Source of the DNA: Promethearchaeota archaeon
GTDB taxonomy: Archaea > Asgardarchaeota > Lokiarchaeia > Sigyniarchaeales > SOKP01
Assembly (NCBI GenBank): GCA_019057795.1
Contig: JAHLWS010000058.1
Location: 1 to 42,078, forward strand
Reading direction: 5' to 3'
Length of the DNA stretch: 42,078 bases
Made by a program: the position numbers and the translations under genes. The notes under the pieces are model-generated. The model was not told the DNA's origin and made no database searches. It saw only the letters and a list, made by a program, of their open reading frames with translations. Of the stretch, positions 20,470-29,947 are shown piece by piece; the stretch's first letter is position 1; the number at the start of each line of letters is the position of its first letter.

Positions 20470-20586
20470 TTATGCATTTTGGTTAAATATGCTATGTTTC
20501 GATTTTACATGAATTGTTAAATTATATTTTTGTTTAGCTTTATAATCACAGTATGGACAATTATACCATTTAACATCAATATCATG
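20470..20586 (-). pseudogene. Startless 3' tail of a C2H2 zinc-finger gene
   Basis: HDIDVKWYNCPYCDYKAKQKYNLTIHVKSKHSIFNQNA*; in-frame TAG at 20596-20598 upstream, no start codon. Confidence 0.7.
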
Positions 20587-20696
20587 AAGACGGATCTATT
20601 ATTACAGCATACCCTTCTAAATACAGCAATTAGAATTCCCGCGCACTACTTAAATTTAAATAAGATTTTTTCTTTTTTTTATTAATTAATGGTGTT

Positions 20697-21239
20697 TTGA
20701 TTTTGAGGGTATTTATATCAGATGTTATCGTTAAAAAGGATAAATATGGTCCTGATTACTACTGGGTAGTTGGAAGGCTTCAGAGTGGTATAGATGTTAT
20801 TATCAAGGATATTTACTATGACCTTAGGGAATGTATAGGTCGCCACATCGATATGCTAATATCCTTTATGAGGTCTCCCTATTGCGAGTTGAAGAGAAGA
20901 ATTCAAAGCCAAATTTTTTTACCAGAGAAATTTTATTCAGTGGGGCTCATTGATGAGTTGTTAAGAAAGAAAAGAGTCGTTTCATCCAGCAATAAGAGAG
21001 TTATAGAATTAACCGGTGAATTTATTGATTCTTACACTATCCCTGAAAAATGGGCTCCCCTAACTCAACGAAAATCATTTAAAGTTTTATTCAAGGAGCC
21101 ACCTGCTCTTAAAACTGAAGATGGGACTTTCCTTCTATACCCCTTTCATTCACGAAGGGGAGTTCCAATTGAGAAAATTCCTCAAGAAGTGACAATCGCG
21201 GGAAGTTTGGAATTAGAAGCTTGGGCACCAAGCCAATAA
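20697..21239 (+). CDS. Hypothetical protein
   Basis: 180-aa ORF, TTG start with GGTG SD; no recognisable motif. Confidence 0.65.
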   Translation: MILRVFISDVIVKKDKYGPDYYWVVGRLQSGIDVIIKDIYYDLRECIGRHIDMLISFMRSPYCELKRRIQSQIFLPEKFYSVGLIDELLRKKRVVSSSNKRVIELTGEFIDSYTIPEKWAPLTQRKSFKVLFKEPPALKTEDGTFLLYPFHSRRGVPIEKIPQEVTIAGSLELEAWAPSQ

Positions 21240-21343
21240 AGTTCTTTAATGGATAATTGCAGAAATAGTACGAAAAAGAAGCAACCTTAAACAATATGAT
21301 TGATTAGTTTTTTAATTTAAAATAGGCTTTATTTTTATAGATA

Positions 21344-22120
21344 ATGGAATTCGTGAGTATTACAGGCGTTGGAAAAAGATTTGTCAATCCTGAGGGATTG
21401 TCCCTTGATTTAAACGGGCTCGGAATAAAAAAAATTAAAGATATTAATGGACTTCAAGATCTTACTACGCTTCGACGGCTCGAACTCCAGGGGAATGAGC
21501 TCGTCTCAATTGAGGGTCTTGAAAATCTTAAGGATCTTGAGGAATTATTCCTTGGCGGGAATAAGATTGTTAAGATTGAAAATTTAAATAAATTACCCCA
21601 TTTAAAAAGATTGATTCTAGATAGTAATAATTATTCTACAATTCGCGGACTTGAGGGAATGGCAAACCTAGAGAGATTAGGGCTTAGCTTAAACAATATT
21701 GCCAGCATTCAAGGGCTTGATACCCTGTCCGCTTTGCAAGAATTAGACTTTAGTATAAATCGGATTACTGAGATTAAAGGTCTTGATGATTTGGTTAACC
21801 TTCGTTTATTAGTTCTCCGTAGTAATAAGATAACTCACGTTCAAAGACTGCAGAATTTATTTAGCCTTGAATACTTAAATCTCAGTCGAAATCCCATCCA
21901 ATCTCTTAAAGGAATTGAAGCTCTTATTAAGCTTGAGGAGATATATCTTGATAATACTAGATTGACATCTATTATGACCGAACTCGACAAATTACCGAAT
22001 TTAAAATTTCTTTCAATTAAAGGAATGCTTGGACGTATCCCATTTGAAGAAATTAGGTACTTGATTGAAGAAAAAGGAATAGACATCCTCCCTTATGGAG
22101 TTCCTCCGTATGAACCTTGA
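21344..22120 (+). CDS. Leucine-rich repeat protein (SDS22/internalin-like)
   Basis: About nine 22-aa LxxLxLxxNxIxxIxGLxxL repeats. Confidence 0.92.
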   Translation: MEFVSITGVGKRFVNPEGLSLDLNGLGIKKIKDINGLQDLTTLRRLELQGNELVSIEGLENLKDLEELFLGGNKIVKIENLNKLPHLKRLILDSNNYSTIRGLEGMANLERLGLSLNNIASIQGLDTLSALQELDFSINRITEIKGLDDLVNLRLLVLRSNKITHVQRLQNLFSLEYLNLSRNPIQSLKGIEALIKLEEIYLDNTRLTSIMTELDKLPNLKFLSIKGMLGRIPFEEIRYLIEEKGIDILPYGVPPYEP

Positions 22121-22279
22121 ACCTTTAAAAAAACTATTATACCTTTAATTTTCTTTGGAGAAGATTTTAAAGATCTAAAGAAATTTGCTAAAAAAGAAAA
22201 AGCTCCAATTTTTTATACTCCTCTTGAAGCGGCATACGCTATAAAAATTTTAGTAGAACGATTGAAACTGAAAATTTAA
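22121..22279 (+). pseudogene. Orphan 3' end of an ACD alpha subunit gene
   Basis: KKTIIPLIFFGEDFKDLKKFAKKEKAPIFYTPLEAAYAIKILVERLKLKI*; 28/45 aa identical to 16915-17049. Confidence 0.85.
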
Positions 22280-22315
22280 AGTGGAATTCTTAAAAAAAGT
22301 AATTTTTTTTATAGA

Positions 22316-22741
22316 CTATTGTTCAAAATCTTCTACTACATCAAAGCCATTCTTTTTTAACACTTCAAACCCATTTTCGTTATCGTCTAATCTTAATACT
22401 GTCATAGTTCTAGCTTCTGACGATTTTTCGGCAAATGTATATAAATATTCAATGTTGACTTTATTATCTCCGAGTGTTTTAGCAATGTTATACAATTGAG
22501 ATATGTTATCCGTGAGCCTTACTGCTATAACTTCTGTAACTGAATGCATATAATCATTATCCTCTAATAACTCAACGCATTTCTCATATGGTTTAACTAA
22601 GAGCAATAATAATCCATAATCTTCTGTTTCGGCCACAGTTATAGATCTGATATATATGTTGTTGTTCATCAGAAATTCAAAAAAATTTGCTAGAGTCCCT
22701 GGTACATTAGGGAGAAACACAGAAATTTGTTTGAGTTTCAT
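22316..22741 (-). CDS. Tandem ACT domain protein (ior/paaK-associated type)
   Basis: MKLKQISVFLPNVPGTL, VAETEDYG, VNIEYLYTF. Confidence 0.88.
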   Translation of the reverse strand: MKLKQISVFLPNVPGTLANFFEFLMNNNIYIRSITVAETEDYGLLLLLVKPYEKCVELLEDNDYMHSVTEVIAVRLTDNISQLYNIAKTLGDNKVNIEYLYTFAEKSSEARTMTVLRLDDNENGFEVLKKNGFDVVEDFEQ

Positions 22742-22950
22742 TTTTTAATCAAATTATATTAATTTTTATTCGAAATATTATCTTAAATGATAATTGTACT
22801 TAATTAAATTACGTTTAAAAATGATACTGAAATAACGAAAATTGAAAATTTTTAAAGATCTCACTTAATTTTTTAAAGGTAATTTACTTCTGGATTCATA
22901 TAGCGAAATTTCACTTATTTTTAATCTTAATAGTTTAAATTTGGATAAAA

Positions 22951-23688
22951 GTGGTAAATATGATTAATTGGAAGGAAAAATTTAATGAGCAATTAACATG
23001 GACTGCTGAATTAAGAGATTGTTTATATGAAAAAGCAGAATTCTCTCTTAAAAAAAATTTATTAGAATTAGGTTGTTATAATGGCGAACTACTTAAAGAA
23101 ATTGGAATAAAATATAATTTAAAACTATTCGGTATAGATAAGAATAAAAATAAAATCGAATACGCAAGTGCCAACTTAGAGAAAAATCTTATCGATGCTA
23201 AGCTCATAACGATGGATATATTAAATAATAACTTTGAAGATAACTTTTTTGATGTTGTTATTACCTATTGTTATTTCTTATGGGAAATGGACATAAATCA
23301 TATTTTGGCAGAAATTCATAGAATTTTGAAACATAACGGAGTTTTTTTGATTTTGGGTGAGCCTGATTTTGGAGGAATTATTGAATACTCTGACACGGGT
23401 TTAAAGAAAGAGTTATATAATAGCCTTAAAGATTCAGGAGCAGACCCAGAAATAGGAAGGAAGATACCTCAATACTTTTCAAATGAATTTAGACTCGTGG
23501 AGCATTTTTGTTCAAGTTTTCCATGGATCCCAAGCGTAAATAGAGCGAGTTTAGTTAACGATTTAGATCTTTACATAAAAAATTTAAATACTAAAAAATT
23601 TAATTCAGTTTTGATTATACAAAGTATAGAAAGTAATAAATATTTTTTATTTATCCCAATATTTGGGTATTACCTTAAGAAGATTTAA
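22951..23688 (+). CDS. Class I SAM-dependent methyltransferase
   Basis: LELGCYNG, FDVV, EIHRILKHNG. Confidence 0.85.
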   Translation: MVNMINWKEKFNEQLTWTAELRDCLYEKAEFSLKKNLLELGCYNGELLKEIGIKYNLKLFGIDKNKNKIEYASANLEKNLIDAKLITMDILNNNFEDNFFDVVITYCYFLWEMDINHILAEIHRILKHNGVFLILGEPDFGGIIEYSDTGLKKELYNSLKDSGADPEIGRKIPQYFSNEFRLVEHFCSSFPWIPSVNRASLVNDLDLYIKNLNTKKFNSVLIIQSIESNKYFLFIPIFGYYLKKI

Positions 23689-23705
23689 AGAATTGATAAA
23701 AATTA

Positions 23706-24458
23706 ATGAGTTTAAAACAGTTTTACGAACACCATAAAAATTTTTCAGCTAGAAATCTTTCTGAATACGATCTTTCTCCCGGAATTAGATGTAAATTCGA
23801 TTTATTAAAAGAAATAATTGGTTATAGTAGAGCCTTTAAAAATGCGATAGATTTAGGTTGTTCAGGAAACTCTCTTCTTTACTTCTTAGAAAATGTACAA
23901 AATAAATCGTATTACGATATATCTGCTATATCTTTAAAGCAATATTCTAAACAGAACCCTTTATGTGGAGATGTTGTAAAATTACCGTATAAAAACAATA
24001 CTTTTGACTTGGTACTTGCTTTAGATGTGCTAGAACACGTAAAAAATGATGATTTAGCTATCTCTGAAATAAAAAGAATATTAACACAGGGAGGATTTGC
24101 TGTAATTACAGTTCCACACAGGATGAAATACTATTCAAAACAAGATAAGATAATCGGTCATTATCGTAGATATGAAATTGAGCAAATTTTAGGATTATTC
24201 CGACGCCATAATTTCAAATATTTAAAACATTTTGGAGTTTACGGGATATTAATGAAAATGTCCTTACTACAATCGATTAATCCGAAAAAAACAGAAAAGA
24301 ATTTAATAAATTTACGCAATAAATATCGCTCAAATTTAATTTTCAGAAAGATTTGGGACCTTTTTGTCAAACTTAGTTCGACACTAATGAAAATAGATGC
24401 GAAGTATTATTCTCCGAAACGAATGATGAATATAGCATTCATATTTCTAAAATTATAA
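23706..24458 (+). CDS. Class I SAM-dependent methyltransferase
   Basis: IDLGCSG, LPYKNNTFD, DVLEHV, GHYRRY. Confidence 0.88.
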   Translation: MSLKQFYEHHKNFSARNLSEYDLSPGIRCKFDLLKEIIGYSRAFKNAIDLGCSGNSLLYFLENVQNKSYYDISAISLKQYSKQNPLCGDVVKLPYKNNTFDLVLALDVLEHVKNDDLAISEIKRILTQGGFAVITVPHRMKYYSKQDKIIGHYRRYEIEQILGLFRRHNFKYLKHFGVYGILMKMSLLQSINPKKTEKNLINLRNKYRSNLIFRKIWDLFVKLSSTLMKIDAKYYSPKRMMNIAFIFLKL

Positions 24459-24460
24459 TC

Positions 24461-24856
24461 TTATTTGTTTTCAGCGTATTCTTTTTTCATTTTTTCAAAT
24501 AACTTTTTAAATTGCTCTATGTATTTCTCGTCGTTAGTTTCCTCTATTTTCTTAAGAAGTTCTACTGACTTATTTAATACAGTTGAAGTTTTTTTGATTT
24601 TATCAAAATATAGTTGCTTTGTTTGTTGAGATTTAGCAACTCTTAGAGAACTTTTATAACCCTTGATCGAGCTCTCTATTTTTTTTTGTGATTCGATTAC
24701 TGAATCTGCTAACTGCTTTTTTCTCTGTTCTAACTTAATGCAGTTATCACATATTAATTCTCCCGATCTTTTTTGCCCTTTTTTAATCATAAAGGGATTT
24801 CCACATCTAGGGCATTCAACGAGCGCAACAATTAATTTATCGTTAGGTTCGGGCAT
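24461..24856 (-). CDS. Zn-ribbon plus coiled-coil hypothetical protein
   Basis: CPRC...CDNC then K/E-rich helix. Confidence 0.7.
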   Translation of the reverse strand: MPEPNDKLIVALVECPRCGNPFMIKKGQKRSGELICDNCIKLEQRKKQLADSVIESQKKIESSIKGYKSSLRVAKSQQTKQLYFDKIKKTSTVLNKSVELLKKIEETNDEKYIEQFKKLFEKMKKEYAENK

Positions 24857-24996
24857 AAAAGATAAATAATTAAAGTTTAAATTTATTTAAATTTTAAATT
24901 ATTAATTTAATAACTTTTTTAGAATTTAATTCTTGATTTTTTTGATAGCATCTCATTATCAAGAAAGTTTATGATAAATTTTACATATTTTTTTTT

Positions 24997-25797
24997 ATGG
25001 ATTTATATCTTACAACAATATTTTTATTAATATTATTAGGTTTTTTAACGGGAACTATTTCTGCTATTGCGGGAATTGGAGGCGGAGTTTTTTTTGTATC
25101 AATAATGACTCTTTTATTTTTGATGCCGATTAATATTGCCATAGACACATCTACATTCATAATTTTAACATCTTCTTGTGCGGGATTTATAACTTATCTA
25201 AAACAAGAAAGAACAAATTTAAAACTAGCTTTAGCATTTGGTGGTTTTTCAATTTTAGGGAGCATTTTAGCCACTATTATATTTTCATTTATTCAAATCG
25301 ATAATTCAATGCTAAAAATTTTATTTGCATTGACATTACTCGTGGCAGGATTAAATATGATTCATAAAGCTATTAAAACAAAAGGAAGTTTAAGGAGTAA
25401 AGACCTGGAAAAGGGAGAATTCTCATTGCACGATTACGATTATAAAACCAATTTAAAAAAAGCTATTCCATTATTTATATTAGCAGGTTTTGTTGCAAAT
25501 TTACTAGGAATTGGCGGAGGGATTATAAATACTCCGTCCCTCAACATAATATTAGGTTTTCCTATCCATAATTCTACAGCAATTTCAACTTCAATAATTT
25601 TTTTCACTGCTATATATAATACAATCATTAAGTGTCTCTTAGGGCAAATAGATTATCTAGTTGGCCTTCTAATAACCATTGGCGCTATTTTAGGTTCGGT
25701 ATTTGGGGCAAAAATATCAAGAAAAATACCGAAAACATATTTAAAATTTTTAGTGGCGATAATCTTACTAGTTTTAGCAATTAGAATGTTTTTTTAG
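24997..25797 (+). CDS. TauE/SafE sulfite exporter family
   Basis: Duplicated GIGGG motifs, AIDTS/AISTS, multi-TM. Confidence 0.9.
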   Translation: MDLYLTTIFLLILLGFLTGTISAIAGIGGGVFFVSIMTLLFLMPINIAIDTSTFIILTSSCAGFITYLKQERTNLKLALAFGGFSILGSILATIIFSFIQIDNSMLKILFALTLLVAGLNMIHKAIKTKGSLRSKDLEKGEFSLHDYDYKTNLKKAIPLFILAGFVANLLGIGGGIINTPSLNIILGFPIHNSTAISTSIIFFTAIYNTIIKCLLGQIDYLVGLLITIGAILGSVFGAKISRKIPKTYLKFLVAIILLVLAIRMFF

Positions 25798-25888
25798 AAT
25801 TAATATGAAAAAAATATAACGGAAAACTGATAATATTATATGTAAACGAATTACGATGTAAGAAAAATAAAATGAATGGAGATAAAAA

Positions 25889-26680
25889 ATGAAAGAAAAA
25901 ATTGAATTAGTAATTAAAGATAATATTGCGATTATAAGACTAATGGATCCAGAGAATTTTAACCCTTTAAATAAAAACACCGGGAAAAAATTATTAGAAA
26001 CTATAGAATCTATTCGAAGTAATAGCGCTGTAAGATGTTTAATAATAACTGGCTCCGGAAAGGCTTTTTCAGCGGGCGGAGATATAAAACAATTTAAGGC
26101 GAGTATTGAAAATGGCACATCAGGTCAAGTTATGGACGATTTAACGCGAGACCTTTATAAAATTGCGTTAACATTGCGTCTTTATCCAAAACCTGTTATC
26201 GCGTCTGTGAATGGCTGGGCAGTAGGAGCTGGAATGAACCTCGCTCTCTCGTGTGATTTTATAATTGCCTCAGAAAAAGCGAGATTTAGGCAATCTTTTT
26301 CCAAACTCGCTCTAATACCAGGATTTGCAGGAACTATTTTGTTAAGCCGTCAGCTTACGTGGCAACAAGCAACACAAATGGCGTTTTTCGGAGATACTTA
26401 TTCAGCTGAGGAGATGAAAAAACTAGGTTTTGTCAACGAAATCGTTCCTCATGAAGATTTAGAGGAGATTTCTTTACAATGGGCTGAGCGACTCGCCAAG
26501 GGACCAACACTAACATATGCAAGGACCAAAAGATTATTCTTTGAAGCCCTCAGTACTCCATTAGAAGAACACCTTGAAATTGAGCGCCAAATGCAAGTAA
26601 AATCGGCTGAATCTGAAGATTATAAGATTGGCGTATTTGCCCTAAACGACAAAAAGGATCCCAATTTTATTGGAAAATAA
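25889..26680 (+). CDS. Enoyl-CoA hydratase/isomerase (PaaG-like)
   Basis: AFSAGGD, NGWAVGAGMNLALSCD. Confidence 0.9.
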   Translation: MKEKIELVIKDNIAIIRLMDPENFNPLNKNTGKKLLETIESIRSNSAVRCLIITGSGKAFSAGGDIKQFKASIENGTSGQVMDDLTRDLYKIALTLRLYPKPVIASVNGWAVGAGMNLALSCDFIIASEKARFRQSFSKLALIPGFAGTILLSRQLTWQQATQMAFFGDTYSAEEMKKLGFVNEIVPHEDLEEISLQWAERLAKGPTLTYARTKRLFFEALSTPLEEHLEIERQMQVKSAESEDYKIGVFALNDKKDPNFIGK

Positions 26681-26771
26681 TAATGGTACAAAAATTCGTG
26701 TAAAATAATTTCTATAAATCTTAAATCCTTTTTAGAATGATATATATTAATTTAATATCGAGTAACTTAAA

Positions 26772-27599
26772 GTGATTCTTTCGATGAGTAAGGGATTTAG
26801 ACTTCTAAGGGTTGAATATCTTTTTTCTGTGCTCGTTCCTTGTTTATTGAGCATATATTTAAACGATTACGATGTGTTTGCTCACATTTGGATATTAGCT
26901 GGATTTGGGTTTTATGCCATTACGGGAAATACGCTTAATGACGTAATCGATATGAAAGATCCAAACGAAAAGGAAACGCTAGAAAGAGTACAGGGTTATC
27001 AACGAAAAGAAATATTCACAATTTCTTTGGCAAGTTTTTTATTAGGGACCGTATGTTTCATGAATAGTATCGTAGCAAACCCCCTCTTAGGAATTTATTT
27101 AGCAGTTATCGTTATTTCCGTAATTTTCTACTGCCTATTTAAATCGCTGGTTATTATTAACCATATTATTTTAGGAATATCGCATATTTTTTTACCTTAT
27201 TTTATGATAAAAATCAACGCTGGCGATATTTCTATGAATTACTTTCCTGATCTAACTTTATTTGAGTTATTAATAATACTTTCTATAGCTTCTGTGGCAT
27301 TTTCCGGTCAAATGCTTCACGAAATGATTGATGGAGATTCGTTATCAAAATTATCTCCAAAAACTTCTCGATTAATAATCTGGATAGCATCTATAATATC
27401 GCTGACAATCGCTATATTTTCGTTAGTTATTACTCAATACATTATATTTCTACCAGTAGTCTTCTTTCCTTTTGGAATTATGTATATTTTCAGAAAACCT
27501 AGAACGGATTTAGCTGGTAGAAGCTCGTTGAAAGATGTAGGAATCATATTAGGAAATCTTACTTTCGTATATCTTATAATTTTGATCATAGCACCTTAA
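26772..27599 (+). CDS. UbiA prenyltransferase family membrane protein
   Basis: RLLRVE, GNTLNDVIDMKD (NDxxDxxD), multi-TM. Confidence 0.75.
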   Translation: MILSMSKGFRLLRVEYLFSVLVPCLLSIYLNDYDVFAHIWILAGFGFYAITGNTLNDVIDMKDPNEKETLERVQGYQRKEIFTISLASFLLGTVCFMNSIVANPLLGIYLAVIVISVIFYCLFKSLVIINHIILGISHIFLPYFMIKINAGDISMNYFPDLTLFELLIILSIASVAFSGQMLHEMIDGDSLSKLSPKTSRLIIWIASIISLTIAIFSLVITQYIIFLPVVFFPFGIMYIFRKPRTDLAGRSSLKDVGIILGNLTFVYLIILIIAP

Positions 27600-27710
27600 A
27601 AATAACATTCTTAATAATGATTTTAAAAGATTATATACTTTTTAGCCCATAATAAATAAACGAATTATTAAAATCAAGAAGAGATAAAGAATAAAAAAAT
27701 TGAGTTTGAA

Positions 27711-28979
27711 ATGACTAAAATTGAACCCGTTGATAAAGATTTTTTTTCTCCGTTTAATAAAGAAGCTTGCACTCTTTGTGGAGAATGTTTTCATAATTGC
27801 CCCGTAATGGGACTTTCTATTGAAGAATCTATTGAGGAAATGAAAAAATTAATTGAAGGGAAAGATACTACGCGAGTGCTTAAAGAATGCCAAAGTTGCC
27901 TTTCATGTAATTTTTATTGCCCTGAAAATGCTCACCCCGCTGGATTGATTTTGCAGAGATGGAATGAAAAGTACAAAAAAGAGGGGTTAAGAATCCGTGG
28001 GAAGTATTACATGACTCTTTATCCGCACTACCCTAATTTCCGATCTTATGTTATGGACCACATGCCTAAAAAAACACAAGAACTTGTTAAATCATGGGCA
28101 GATTTATCTCCTTTAAAAGGGGACACGCTTACTTATCCAGGATGTAATATAATTACTTATGCCGAGTTAACGCAAGCAAGCTTTTTTAAGGATCTAGATA
28201 TTAGGGGTAGGCTAGAATATTGTTGTGGGGAAACATTATTTCGAACAGGGTACAAAGACGAATTATTTCAAGTGACAAAGAGGTTAGACAAGTGGTTTAA
28301 CACATTAAAACCCAAAAATTTACTAGTTTTGTGTACAGCAGGAACTAATGTTTTCAAAAATGTGCTACCTCATTATGGATTAACCTATAAATTTGATTCA
28401 ATTAAATCTTATATCCAATATTTATGGGAAAAAATTGAGAATGGTACCATTCAAATTACAAATAAATTAGATATGACGGTTTCGATTCAAGATTCCTGTT
28501 ATTCAAAAATGTTTGGAGATGACTACATGGATTTACCTAGAAAAATTTTAGAAGCAATTGGGGTAAAAGTAATAGAAATCGAAGCATGCCGCGAAGATAT
28601 GAGGTGTTGTGGAATTGGGGGCGGATTTTCTGTGGATTCGGCGTACCACACAATGAAAATAAGATCAGCAACAATGAGAAACATAAAAGAATTTAAAAAA
28701 GTAAAAGTTGATGCGCTTTGTGTATATTGTGCAGGATGCCTCGCTACTTATAGCACAACCAAAAAACTATATTTTGGGAAATTAAAAATCTATCATATTA
28801 TCGAATTATTACAAATGGCATGCGGAGAGAAGCCAATGTCCAATAAAGAGAAAAAAAAGAGAGCCAAACACTTTTTCTGGGGAATCATGAAAAAGCAACT
28901 TCCGAAATTACCTTCGAAAATAACGTTTAAAATAGCGGATCTACCAGAAGATCCACCACCGTATAGCAAGGCGTATTAA
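27711..28979 (+). CDS. Fe-S oxidoreductase with CCG domains (HdrD/GlpC-like)
   Basis: Two CxxCxxCxxxCP clusters, YPGC, CCG x2, QDSC, CAGC. Confidence 0.9.
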   Translation: MTKIEPVDKDFFSPFNKEACTLCGECFHNCPVMGLSIEESIEEMKKLIEGKDTTRVLKECQSCLSCNFYCPENAHPAGLILQRWNEKYKKEGLRIRGKYYMTLYPHYPNFRSYVMDHMPKKTQELVKSWADLSPLKGDTLTYPGCNIITYAELTQASFFKDLDIRGRLEYCCGETLFRTGYKDELFQVTKRLDKWFNTLKPKNLLVLCTAGTNVFKNVLPHYGLTYKFDSIKSYIQYLWEKIENGTIQITNKLDMTVSIQDSCYSKMFGDDYMDLPRKILEAIGVKVIEIEACREDMRCCGIGGGFSVDSAYHTMKIRSATMRNIKEFKKVKVDALCVYCAGCLATYSTTKKLYFGKLKIYHIIELLQMACGEKPMSNKEKKKRAKHFFWGIMKKQLPKLPSKITFKIADLPEDPPPYSKAY

Positions 28980-28982
28980 ATT

Positions 28983-29375
28983 TTAAATGAAATTTTTTGT
29001 TTCTAAATATTCAATTAATTCTTTTAGATATTTTTGTCCAGTTATTAATACATTTTCAGCATCAATTCTATTAATTTCAGTTATGTATTCATAGTCTCCA
29101 ATTAGCCTTTTGTCAAATATATCCCTAAGTTGTCTACCTATTTCTTTTGTGAAAATATTAGTTTTAATAAAAAATTCTCCAAATTTAGAAATTAAACCCC
29201 TATGAGTTTTTATTTTTAAATTTTTTGTGAGGAGAACATCTTCAGTAATATGATGCATAGCATAATAAGTTCTTGAAACCGTACTATCAAAATCGCCAGC
29301 ATCAAATAACAGTTTAGCACTTTTAATGAATTTTTTTGCCTTTTCAATTAAAGGTTTTATGTCTATTTCACTCAT
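28983..29375 (-). CDS. HEPN domain protein (MNT-HEPN pair)
   Basis: VSRTYYAMHH, KTHRG, KRLIGDY. Confidence 0.88.
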   Translation of the reverse strand: MSEIDIKPLIEKAKKFIKSAKLLFDAGDFDSTVSRTYYAMHHITEDVLLTKNLKIKTHRGLISKFGEFFIKTNIFTKEIGRQLRDIFDKRLIGDYEYITEINRIDAENVLITGQKYLKELIEYLETKNFI

Positions 29376-29686
29376 ATCAGAATTCCCTCTTCTTTAACAT
29401 TCATTAAAAACGGTGTTTTGAGTGATTGATAGTGTTCTTCTGAAATTGGATGAATAGAAAGAATTATATTATATTTTAAATCAAAATCATAGGCAATTCT
29501 TCCTATACGATCAATCTCTTCGAAAGCAGAGATCTTTCCTTTAAGAATTATTGCTAAATCGATATCAGAATGAGTGGATTCTTCTCTTCGAGCATATGAA
29601 CCGTAAAGAATTATCTTTTTTAATTTCTCCCCATATAATTTTTGAAGCTCTGATTTAAATTCTTTTAAAATTTTTTCAATCGTCAT
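29372..29686 (-). CDS. Minimal nucleotidyltransferase (MNT)
   Basis: LYGSYARREESTHSDID; ATGA overlap with HEPN gene. Confidence 0.9.
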   Translation of the reverse strand: MTIEKILKEFKSELQKLYGEKLKKIILYGSYARREESTHSDIDLAIILKGKISAFEEIDRIGRIAYDFDLKYNIILSIHPISEEHYQSLKTPFLMNVKEEGILI

Positions 29687-29947
29687 TAATGCTAATAAAC
29701 CATTTCAAATATAAATAAACATCTTATGTAATTTGTTAGAAAATTGTTGAAAAAATTATATAAATTTATCTGTAAACCTAGAGATTTTAAAGATTCTATT
29801 GTTATATTTTAAGATAAATCTTAAGATCTTTAAAAACTATATTTTTATATACTCAGTATCTAAGGAAGTAATTTTTTTCTATTAATTTTTATTCTTTTCT
29901 GAGCCGACATTATTCTCACCTTTTTGATACACCATTGTTAATTTTCT

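Noticed and set aside
22118-22279. Read-through fusion of LRR gene to the in-frame ACD tail
   Set aside because: In-frame by 1-in-3 chance; no recoding signal or functional rationale
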